64,000 nucleotides of DNA from Andalucia godoyi And28 (lineage: Eukaryota; Protista; Jakobida), in NCBI GenBank assembly GCA_009859145.1, contig VRVR01000041.1:207107-271106 (forward strand). Direction: 5' to 3'. Below, one piece after another: positions 32,158 to 43,709 of the stretch (the stretch's first letter is position 1; every line of letters starts with the position of its first letter). The translations under genes and the position numbers were made by a program. Under the pieces are notes generated by a model. That model was not told the origin of the DNA. It searched no databases and saw only the letters and a program-made list of their open reading frames with translations.

Positions 32158-32565
32158 TCATCCGACAGGTTCGCGAGTCCAAGTGTGCAGTTCCGAGACG
32201 GACTTTCCGACCTTCAGCAAGCCTTGATGCAGCGACCCCATTTTTTCCTCCTTTTGCAAAAACCTCCTTTTGATCTCTTCAAAGGCATTTCCACGCATCG
32301 CTCGAAAATCCTTGTCGTCTTCGATGTTTGCCGTTGGATGCTCCATTTCGAGAGCAATGCACAACTCTGCAACGTTGGCTGCGTTTTGCAGCAGAACGTC
32401 AACTTCCCGCAGCAAGGCATGCTCGGATGTCCCGAATGCCTTCAGCGCTCCTTTGGTTACTCGTTCTTCCAGCTCTTGCAGTTCCCGTTCGAAAAATACC
32501 AGAGACTCGTCCTCAATCCGCACCTTTTGATCACTCGTACCCGCCGCACCCGCCGCACCCGCAGA

Positions 32566-32568
<3 letters not shown>
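32158..32568 (-). CDS. Hypothetical 136-aa coiled-coil protein
   Basis: ATG directly after a (GA)37 tract; helical heptad-like composition; no family recognised. Confidence 0.65.

Positions 32569-32642
<74 letters not shown>
32569..32642. repeat. (TC)37 microsatellite abutting a start codon
   Basis: Read directly. Confidence 0.95.
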
Positions 32643-32645
<3 letters not shown>

Positions 32646-32991
32646 CGTTCGCTGTTCTAAATGCGCAGTGTCTGAAAATAAGCGGGGGTCCTGGTATGAA
32701 AAGAGGACAGAAAAAGAAAAACACCAAACAACAACAACAACCTAATTAAATAAATCAAATACTTAAAGAACCTAGGTATGGAAACGACTACAGTACCGAT
32801 GTGATGCTTGATGCAGTTCGCCTCTCATTCGCAGATCGAAGCAGGAAAAGCAGCGAGCAATTTGACAGGAAAAGCCTCGCAACGAAAAGGAACTGGACAA
32901 AACGGAAGCAGAAAAGAAAAGAGAAAAAAAGGGGGTAAATAAACGAACAATCGGAAACGATCGGACAAACGGAGGAATAATAAAGGAAGAA

Positions 32992-33252
32992 ATGTCAGCA
33001 AGTCGTCTTTCTGATGCGGATCAGACGCGTGTGCAGCAAGCGATCCAAGAGCAACAGCAGGTTGCACAGGTTCAGCAAGCCATTGCTCGGCTGACCGATC
33101 GCTGTTGGGACAAATGCATGGCGAATGCAAAGCTCGGAAACAAACTCGATGGGTCAGACACCGCATGCATTGCGAACTGCGCAAACCGATTCTTGGACAC
33201 GAGCTTACTGTTGATGAAGAGAATGGTCGAGAAGCAGCAAGGCCAGCTCTAA
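32992..33252 (+). CDS. TIM8: Small Tim chaperone, Tim8-like
   Basis: Twin CX3C motifs CWDKC and CIANC, followed by NRFLDTS. Confidence 0.88.
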   Translation: MSASRLSDADQTRVQQAIQEQQQVAQVQQAIARLTDRCWDKCMANAKLGNKLDGSDTACIANCANRFLDTSLLLMKRMVEKQQGQL

Positions 33253-33274
33253 TCGAAGCCTCTTCTTCTTCTTC

Positions 33275-33312
<38 letters not shown>

Positions 33313-33676
33313 CTTTGGCGCATCATAGACTACTGCCCTAGTGCATAATCGTACATAAACAAAGTACTTTATTGTGTATTCATCACTACGCCTGCGATGC
33401 ACTGCATCAATACTAATTGATACTATTGCAATGTTGCATGCTCAGTCGATCGTACGAAAAGGAATCGTCTAGGCGGCAGGCCACAACACACAAAAACTCC
33501 TTTTTTCAGCGACTGATTGGATGTCAGTGACTCTTCGTCGATCGTAATTCGCATTTCTGCGAGCGTTTCCACGTTGTTCAATCGCGCCTGTCAGTCCAGA
33601 TTTTTCCAGACAGCAGAAACCAGAGATCAGCGATCAGCGAACATAGGTCTCAGTGGTTCGATTGGAAGAAGAAAAG

Positions 33677-34897
33677 ATGAGAGAAGCATGTGAGAAGCTC
33701 CGCGAGTGGTTTGTCGGCAATGGAGGAGATACGGGACTTGTTTGTCCAGCACAGCTTGCGCATGGAAATGGACTTGTTGCGACGACACAGGTGATGAAGA
33801 ATGACTTGGTCCTCTCGGTGCCATATGCACTGCTCATCACTCCTGCGAAAGTGAAACAGTGGTTTCCATTTCTCGCCAAGCACAAGCCCCCCGTCTCGGC
33901 AGACGATCAACTTGCGGTGTTTCTTGCCATTCATCGAATTGCGCCCGCTGCGATTCCGGCGGAGGCGGCGGAGGTTTTCAAGCAATATCTTGACTTACTG
34001 CCAAGTTCGTACACTACATGGGAATACTGGACGGATGGAGAACTGGCACTCATCGACGAAGTTCCATCGTTGCACGAGATGATCCGTGAGTATCGCGAAC
34101 GGAAAGAAACGGTGTGGAGCAGATTGGAGCAGATGATCCGCACGGAAGCGGCGCTGCAGACAATGGAATTGTCACATGAAGTGCTCCGCAGTGCTGTGAA
34201 GTGGGCGGTTGCAACGGTGGCCACGAGATCTTGCTACATCCCGTCGCAGAATACGTGCCTTGTTCCCTTTGGCGACCTGTTCAATTACTCCAGTGTGCAA
34301 GAGTGCACAGACTGCGGATTCAACAAGGAAACACAGGCATTTGAGTTTTATGCGAACCGCGATTACAGGCAAGGAGACGAGCTCACCATTTGCTACGGAA
34401 ATTATGGAAACTGGAAACTGTTGGAGCTTTACGGATTTGCCACCGAGAACAATCCTGTCGAAGGAGTGGAACTTGCCCTCGAGCTGCCACCCAAAGTTGC
34501 AAAACTCTTGAAAGAAAACGACTTTGATGGAGAATGGGTTCTCTCCCCCGACGACCCTTCCTTTACATTGCACGTGGCCGCACGAATGCTGATTGCGCAT
34601 CGGTACGTGGAGGAATCGGATCTGCAAAGGGTGTTCGAACGACTTGCGATGGGCGAGGACTTGCCGAAGAAGGACTGGGAAGTAAAGGCATCCAAGTACC
34701 TTCGCAAAGAAGCCAAAAGGCTTTTAAAGAAGTACAGCGCATGCCTTGGAAAGACTGAGTTTGCATCCAATTCCCACAAAAGAACCGAACACGAATCTCA
34801 CCTGTTGTGTGCTCTGCTTCAGGACCGGTCGTGTTTGCAGCAGTTTCTAAAGAACTTCACCGCCGGCGGAGCCTCTGAGCACTGTGACGACGACTAG
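33677..34897 (+). CDS. SET-domain lysine methyltransferase (SETD4/Rubisco-LSMT-like)
   Basis: GNGLVAT, VPYALLIT, LVPFGDLFNY, GDELTICYG...NWKLLELYGF...NP. Start placed at ATG 33677. Confidence 0.85.
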   Translation: MREACEKLREWFVGNGGDTGLVCPAQLAHGNGLVATTQVMKNDLVLSVPYALLITPAKVKQWFPFLAKHKPPVSADDQLAVFLAIHRIAPAAIPAEAAEVFKQYLDLLPSSYTTWEYWTDGELALIDEVPSLHEMIREYRERKETVWSRLEQMIRTEAALQTMELSHEVLRSAVKWAVATVATRSCYIPSQNTCLVPFGDLFNYSSVQECTDCGFNKETQAFEFYANRDYRQGDELTICYGNYGNWKLLELYGFATENNPVEGVELALELPPKVAKLLKENDFDGEWVLSPDDPSFTLHVAARMLIAHRYVEESDLQRVFERLAMGEDLPKKDWEVKASKYLRKEAKRLLKKYSACLGKTEFASNSHKRTEHESHLLCALLQDRSCLQQFLKNFTAGGASEHCDDD

Positions 34898-34926
34898 AAA
34901 GATGTACAGCACACTCATTTTTTCGC

Positions 34927-37198
<2,272 letters not shown>

Positions 37199-37479
37199 GA
37201 CTCATTCAAGGAATACGGCAAGCAATCTCCTTTCTAATTTCCCTCGGAAATAAATTCGGTCTGTCGACTCTCTCCATTGTGAAAGAAAAATAGAATGAAA
37301 TTCCACCAACGGAAGCGTTGCCTCCTTTGAGTCCTTGCAACGGCAAGTAAGCAAAAAAATTGGTCAATGCTGATTCATGACGCAAAACATACGCATTTCC
37401 ACGATTTTCTTTTTCCATCTTTCCCGAAATCCCAACACACAATCCTCGTTTTTCTCAACAGCAAGAAAACAGCAGAAGA

Positions 37480-38606
37480 ATGACTCGGAAACGCAGCCTT
37501 CCAGGAGGTCGCAAACCCGACAAGAAGCGCCCTAGGAAGTCTCCTAGACCCTCCTTCCTACGTCGCTCGAACGGTGCCTTGGATAGACATTGAACGCAAA
37601 AAAGGTTGCTTGCGCAGCATCGATCTCTGGGACGATGCGTATAACAACTGCGTCTTCCTTTACCAGAAACGCAATGTCCCTGCAAGATCCCGAAAGATGG
37701 ATCGACATGTTTTTCCGAACCCGACTCCAGGCTGACGAAGAACACGAGACGTTGTCCGAAACGCTTCGTCGAGAAACCGCGAGACAAGCATTCCGATCGC
37801 CGCATCTTCAAGGTTCCCAAGAATGGTGGAAAACCTTCCGTCCAATTGTTGGTCGAGGAAGGTGCTGCTTTCTGGTCCACTTTCATTCCCGGAAGCACCA
37901 TCAAATTGTGGAAATGAGGAAGGAAGGCGGAGCATGAAATTCGACGGCTACGTGAGAAACCCCAAGGTAGCAGTAGCGGCTCGGTTTTCAATGGCCTGCG
38001 CACGTGTTCCATTTCCTATGTCCAAGGACGATACTTTTCTGATTGTCCCAGTCGCGCGATCCATGGCACCACCCAAGGCGAAAACCGGGGACATGGTTGT
38101 CATCAACAGCTGCGATGGCGGAGGCCGTGTCTTCCAGACTGTTTATGATGGCTGTGGGAATTACACGGAATATGAGTTCTCCGAGGGCGACCCTTGACGC
38201 TGATCAAACCCCAGAAACGCTATCAGAAATTGCAATCGAGACGCGCCACCGAGACGACTCGCATGTCGAAAAACGGCAAGACGGAATGCCCGGCGTAAGA
38301 TGCGCAACATTTCGCACCGCATTCAGAACATGCAACATGATGGGCATGTACACATTGCCAAGGCGGTGTGCCAGAATGCGGATCATATCCTGTTCCCGCC
38401 ATTGAACACCAAGAAGATGTGCCAGAAACAGAGTGAAGACGGCACAGTGTCCCCACGCGGGATGCACGTATTCGCAACCTCGTGACCAGCGTGGTGCGAG
38501 AAACGTTGCGATCTTGGGTGTGGAATGTATTGGCATTGGAGTCTGCCAACACCCAAGCCCTTTTCATCCTCCTCGCAATAAGGGGGAGGTGTTTGCGTGG
38601 GACTGA
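37480..38606 (+). pseudogene. Degenerate Fanzor/TnpB-family RNA-guided nuclease gene (frameshifted, internally deleted)
   Basis: Motifs in correct order across shifting frames: basic N-terminus, AYNNCV (37637), WED strand CSISYVQGRY-FLIVPV (~38005-38052), RuvC-I INSCDGGGRVFQTVYD (Asp at 38114), bridge helix QKRYQKLQSRR, HRIQNMQHDGH.HIAKAVCQNADHILFPPLN, half Zn finger CPHAGC (38448), RuvC-III RDQRGARNVAIL (Asp at 38484). Confidence 0.8.
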
Positions 38607-38720
38607 AAACACCCAACAACCTACTTGTTGTGGGAAGCCCTGAACCATTTTCATGGAAAAGGGAGCAGCTTCGCCATAACGTCTCCAGTTGGCAGTTTTG
38701 AGACTGCAATTGGACCCTCC
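38530..38720 (+). ncRNA. Candidate omegaRNA scaffold of Fanzor relic 1
   Basis: Four hairpins overlapping and following the ORF end: 38530-38549, 38568-38589, 38614-38630, 38685-38713. This position matches TnpB/Fanzor omegaRNAs; boundaries are approximate. Confidence 0.45.
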
Positions 38721-39194
38721 GGTTTCCATGCGCAGTTTTGAAACTCGTTATCGTTGTTGATCAGTGTTTAACCAAGCGGTTTCTCAATCCTCGCCGCATT
38801 GCATTCGAATTTCCCCTTCTTCTCTCGTTTCATCCGTTGTGTGTTTCGACGTGTAGTTTCGCGTACTTTTCCTCAACCAAACGCGTGGCAAATCGCGAAT
38901 GGAGGCTGGTGTGCAGATGGCAACAAGCAAGCGCGGATTGGATTTGTTGAGCTCGGCGGCTTCTTTTTGACAGGCTTGCGTTCGAAATGTTTGTTCAGAA
39001 ACGACACTTGGAAAACGAGTACCAAAAACGCACATTGCAGAGGGCTTTTGGAGTTCGGACGGCGCCGATCTTGGACGCCAATCATGAACGTAGCGAGCTG
39101 AGCTTTAACTGCACATAGTATTTTTTACCTTTCTTTTTCGTCCTTCTTCGGTTTTTGCTCCTTTCTCTTGGATGGTGTTTTTTTCTTCTTCCTT

Positions 39195-39440
39195 TCAGGA
39201 AGATTTTAGTTTTCCAATGCACATGTCTGCCATGAGCATAACGGCAGATCCGCTGTGAAAGACGCCTTCGAACAAGTCCGTCGCATCCTTTCCTGCTCCT
39301 TCTAATATTCGGTCCATTCCAGGATGGACATCAACGTAGTTGGTCACGTCGTACACCTTTCCGTGAATCACCATCCAGCAGTCGTTTGCGTTGTTGTGCT
39401 TCGCTACGTCGCTCATCGAGTACTCGCGCTTGGACGACAT
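39195..39440 (-). CDS. Soluble cytochrome b5-like heme protein
   Basis: VAKHN...DCWMVIHGKVYDVT.Y...HPG...ILEGAGKDATDLF...HS, with both heme-ligand His residues and no TM anchor. Confidence 0.92.
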   Translation of the reverse strand: MSSKREYSMSDVAKHNNANDCWMVIHGKVYDVTNYVDVHPGMDRILEGAGKDATDLFEGVFHSGSAVMLMADMCIGKLKSS

Positions 39441-40163
39441 TCTATACTCTCTTATTCACACACACTCACGCACACATGCCACATTTGTGAAGAAAGAAAA
39501 GAATGAAAATACACGACAGGATAAAGCTCTTTTGTTCTGTTTTTTCCAGCTGCGTCCGTCTTGCCCGCATCCAAGCATCAGCGTGCGAGCATTCTGAAGC
39601 CTGAAAACCGGAATCCAAAAACAGAACAAATTGATAGAGGATGACATCCTAAAACGGAGAGGCTTCTCGACGCCTACATTGTACACTACTAACCACGGAT
39701 AATCATCGCTGATCACCCATAATCAATGCTGCAACCCAACAACATGCATAGCATGATTGGGAAGGGGGTAGGCCCCCAACTCGCCCCTCGGCATGAGAGA
39801 CGTTCTTACGAGAGATGCAGATGTTGCGTTGCATGGACAATAAAAATAAAGAAATGAGCGTCGGTGTGCGAGAATGCAACGCGACGGCGTGTTTATAGGG
39901 ATTTCATGATCAAAATGGGGCGAAACGAATCGGGGCATCGTGTGACAGAGTTGCCAAGATAACAAACGCATGCGCATGGCGCGTGGCAGTGTTTTTGTTT
40001 GCGTGCGCTTTAGATTGCTGAATGTTCGGACTCCGGGGACCGCGGAAACACGTCGTGTGAGAAAGACCAAGAGGCTCCCGGGTCCGGATGTGATGCGCAA
40101 CGGAACGGGAGAGTGAAAAAAAAAAAAAAGGATGAATGGGAGGGAGACCGAGATTCTTATTCG

Positions 40164-41612
40164 TTAAAGCGACTTTCCAATCTGGACGGCACTCTGCAGG
40201 GCTTTGGTATCGATCCTAAGATATCCCAGTTTGACGGCCGCGTAGCCGCCAAGAACGAACGCTGAGGAAACAGTGAGCCACTTTGCCCCGCAGATCAGCC
40301 GCGAAACTGCTCGGTCATGCTCCTGTGCAAGATCGCGGGCCTCCGAGTAGCGCAGATTCGGCGAAAACGTGACCATGGTGTACTTTGGGATCCAGTACGA
40401 CGGAAACATGCGATGGAGGAACTTCTCCACCTTGAGACGCTGCTGAAACCAATAGTTGGCAGTCTTGTCGCGCATCTCATAGTAGTTCTCCAGCGCAAGG
40501 TCTGCGATGGAGTCCCCATCTGGCTTTCGAAGTGATGTGTACTTCTCCAATGCATCGGAGAGTTGGAGGGAGCTGCGCAGCAGCTCATCGAGAACACGCA
40601 CATCCTCGAGTCCCGCATTGCATCCCTGGCCGAAGAACGGAACCACGGCATGGGCAGCATCGCCAACAAGCACTCCACAGCCATGATGATACGGTTCGCA
40701 TCGGATCGTCGCAAGATTTGACGTTGGATTCTCAAAAAAGTCATGTTCCAACGTTGGCATAAGCTGCGAAGCGTCCGGAAACACTCGATTGAAGAATTCT
40801 CGCACAACGGTCTTGTCTTTCATCTCCTCGTCGCGTTTGCCCTCCAAACTTTCAAAGAGCTCAAAAGGCGCAAACAACGTGCAAGTAAAGTCTCCTCCAG
40901 GGTTCGGTAGTGCAATCATCATGAAGTTTCCGCGCGGCCAAATGTGCAGCGCATGCTTCTCCATCAAGAACGACCCATCCGCACCAGCCGGGATCACGAG
41001 CTCCTTGTACCCATGTGTAATGTACGATTGATTATAGTTCATACGGGTGTCTCGCATAATGGCTTTTCGAACCGCAGAAAACGCGCCGTCTGCTCCAACA
41101 ATCAAGTCACAGCCTTCCAGCGACACTGTGCGCTCCGGGTTGGAAGCACCGAACTGCGCGACACCCCGGCGGCAGTCAAATCCAATTCCCTTGTGCCCAA
41201 ACGCAATGCGCACGTTTTGCTGCTTCTCCACTTCATTTAAGATAGTCTCATTGAGCAGCCGGCGCGATACAGACATGATGCCCTGTCCCTTTTCGCCATA
41301 GGGAACATACTTGAGGGTGCCGTCGACAGAATGCAGCATTCTTCCTTCCATCAGTATCCCAACTGACCGAAGCGAGGATGCAAGCCCGACCTTTTCAAGC
41401 GCAAGAAGCCCGCGGTCAGAAAGGGCAAGGTTGATCGATCGACCGCGTGCGTTCGGATCCGAGCGCCAGTCTGAGCGGGCTTCAAACACTTGCACGTCAT
41501 ACCCTTGCTTCGACAAGCACAGCGCAGCCAAACAGCCAACGGGACCAGCCCCAGCTACAACAGCCTTTGGACGACTCTTCGGTTCCACGGGCAGATTCTC
41601 TCTGATGCTCAT
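40164..41612 (-). CDS. KMO: Kynurenine 3-monooxygenase
   Basis: GAGPVG, GRSINLALSDRG, GADGAFSAVR, ALHIWPRG.FMMIALPN, GDAAHAVVPFFGQG.NAGLED, LALENYYEMR, WIPKYTMVTF. Start at ATG 41612. Confidence 0.93.
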   Translation of the reverse strand: MSIRENLPVEPKSRPKAVVAGAGPVGCLAALCLSKQGYDVQVFEARSDWRSDPNARGRSINLALSDRGLLALEKVGLASSLRSVGILMEGRMLHSVDGTLKYVPYGEKGQGIMSVSRRLLNETILNEVEKQQNVRIAFGHKGIGFDCRRGVAQFGASNPERTVSLEGCDLIVGADGAFSAVRKAIMRDTRMNYNQSYITHGYKELVIPAGADGSFLMEKHALHIWPRGNFMMIALPNPGGDFTCTLFAPFELFESLEGKRDEEMKDKTVVREFFNRVFPDASQLMPTLEHDFFENPTSNLATIRCEPYHHGCGVLVGDAAHAVVPFFGQGCNAGLEDVRVLDELLRSSLQLSDALEKYTSLRKPDGDSIADLALENYYEMRDKTANYWFQQRLKVEKFLHRMFPSYWIPKYTMVTFSPNLRYSEARDLAQEHDRAVSRLICGAKWLTVSSAFVLGGYAAVKLGYLRIDTKALQSAVQIGKSL

Positions 41613-42187
41613 TTCCCCTGCTTCCCTCCAAAAAAACACTGTCGTTAAACGTTCTTGTCTCTTCAACGCGGGACTGCATAAAAGTCGAACCACAAAGGCA
41701 CACCAGAAACACCCTTCTGCGAAAAATAGACACGCTATTGGGAAAGAGGCCTTTGACTGCTACGACTGTTTTGGGGGAGTACGAAATTTCCGACGACGAC
41801 AGGGTGACGCAGCGACCCTAACACACCGAACGGCAAAAGCCGCAAGTGGAGTTGCTGAAGATGCGACTCGGGCGATAAAGCGATGGAGTGCTGCGAGACA
41901 AAACGCCAGCAGTCAACAGATCCGTTGCATTGCGCAAGATTCCGACGCTGGGACCTTTGGGGCTGTCGAGTGTCGGAAACTCGGATGTCGGGCGATGAAC
42001 GAAAGTGCACCTTCTGCAGCTGTAAATAAATCAAAAAAATGATAATAAATGCGGACTCTGAATTTCCCGTGAAATTGTTGGTGAGGTTTGCGAGGTGATT
42101 GTCGAAACTCGGGAGACAGCAGGAACGAAGAACAGAACAAGCAAAAAAAAGAAGGGAAACAAAAAAAAAAAAAAAAACAGTTTGAGA

Positions 42188-43624
42188 ATGCGGCGGCTGT
42201 TGGTGTTGCAAAGCGCATGGAGCGGAAGATGTTTGTACAGTTCGCTGCCCCGAGTGGCTCTCGCGCAGCCGCACTGGACGTCGCATCCACACATTTTGCC
42301 TCGACCGAACATGATCACACCGGGAATCTCTTCACAGGAATTCCAGGAACGGCGGACAAAGCTTGCGAGTGCACTTCCGAATGATTGCTTGTTTCTGGTT
42401 CCCGGATACCCTACTCGATACGTTTCCCACGACATTCCGTATCCATTCCGCCAGGAAACCGATATGTTCTACTTTACTGGATTTCAAGAACCGAACTCCA
42501 TGTTTGCGGCAATCAAGTCGAAATCTGGAGACAATGTGAAGTTTATCATGTTTGTGAGAGCAAAGGAACCGCACGAGGAACTGTGGGAGGGCCCTCGAGC
42601 GGGCGTTGAAGTCGCTGCTCGCGAGTTTGGGATCGAGGAGGTCCATTCTTTCGCAGACTTTGCCGCCGTTTTGGAACCGCATCTTGCGAGCAGCAAGTGC
42701 ATTTCGTTCAACCAAAATGCCTCGCCAGAGGTTACAGCAACGGTAGCTCGCCTACTCCGGACCACATGGCGGGAAGATCGACTGCTGGTGAGCGCAAGTG
42801 CGCTGACTCACCGCATCCGAGCTGTGAAATCGTCAGCGGAAATAGAACTGATGCGAGATTCTTGTGAGATTGCAGCTCAAGCATTTCAGGCTGTCATGCA
42901 GAATCTTGGAAAATTCCAGTATGAATACGAGCTTGCTTCATTGTTTGAGTACGAGTGCAAAAGAAAGGGCGCAGAGCGATTGTCTTACCCGTGTGTTGTG
43001 GGCTCAGGCGTGAACGCGTTGTCGCTTCATTACATTCGGGCAGACCACCAAGTCCCCAAGAACTCCTTGATTTTGATGGATGCTGGCTGCGAGAAACACA
43101 TGTATGCGAGCGACATCAGCAGGACGTTCCCGTCCACTGGTGTGTTTCAATCTGCGCAAAAGCATTTGTACGAGGGAACACTGGCTATTCAAAAAACGTG
43201 CCTGGCAGCGTGTGACAGCCCGTCGCCACCGTCCTTGAGCGAACTGGACGAGCTTGCTCTTAGGGAAACATCTAAAGTGCTTATTGATCTTGGCTTTGCA
43301 AAACAGCACATCTCCAGCGGCGTATTGCCGGAGCACGTCATCCGGCGGTATTTCCCACATTCGATTGGTCATCACCTCGGCATCGACGTGCATGACGTCG
43401 CCGAATTGGGGGCGCGGGCGTCCCCGTTGAAATCTGGAATGGTCATCACAATCGAGCCTGGGATATATGTTCGCCCGGGAGACCCGGACAGCCCGCCGGA
43501 ATTCCACGGTATGGGTATCCGTATCGAGGACGATGTGCTCTTCACGGAAACTGGATGTGAAATCCTCACTCGGTCTGCTCCGAAAGAGGTGTCAGAAATC
43601 GAGGCTTTCGCTTCTCTCGGCTAG
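42188..43624 (+). CDS. Xaa-Pro aminopeptidase 3 / Icp55-like mitochondrial peptidase (M24B)
   Basis: Arg-rich presequence MRRLLVLQ..., YPFRQETDMFYFTGFQEP, R.VKS.AEI.LMR, MDAGCE...YASDISRTFP, HSIGHHLGIDVHD, TIEPGIY, GIRIEDDV. Confidence 0.9.
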   Translation: MRRLLVLQSAWSGRCLYSSLPRVALAQPHWTSHPHILPRPNMITPGISSQEFQERRTKLASALPNDCLFLVPGYPTRYVSHDIPYPFRQETDMFYFTGFQEPNSMFAAIKSKSGDNVKFIMFVRAKEPHEELWEGPRAGVEVAAREFGIEEVHSFADFAAVLEPHLASSKCISFNQNASPEVTATVARLLRTTWREDRLLVSASALTHRIRAVKSSAEIELMRDSCEIAAQAFQAVMQNLGKFQYEYELASLFEYECKRKGAERLSYPCVVGSGVNALSLHYIRADHQVPKNSLILMDAGCEKHMYASDISRTFPSTGVFQSAQKHLYEGTLAIQKTCLAACDSPSPPSLSELDELALRETSKVLIDLGFAKQHISSGVLPEHVIRRYFPHSIGHHLGIDVHDVAELGARASPLKSGMVITIEPGIYVRPGDPDSPPEFHGMGIRIEDDVLFTETGCEILTRSAPKEVSEIEAFASLG

Positions 43625-43709
43625 AATCAATTATGCGTTGCATATAAAATGGTTGAGAATTGCGCATGTTCACCATAATTTAAGATATACTGCGACACGC
43701 TACACCACA

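Noticed and set aside
41800-42030. Minus-strand YSCRRC...TCGFC frame suggesting a Yippee/Mis18 zinc fold; GTCGGAAAC suggesting SRP RNA
   Set aside because: The frame is bounded by stops with no start or supported splice, and the SRP helix-8 internal-loop bases are absent.
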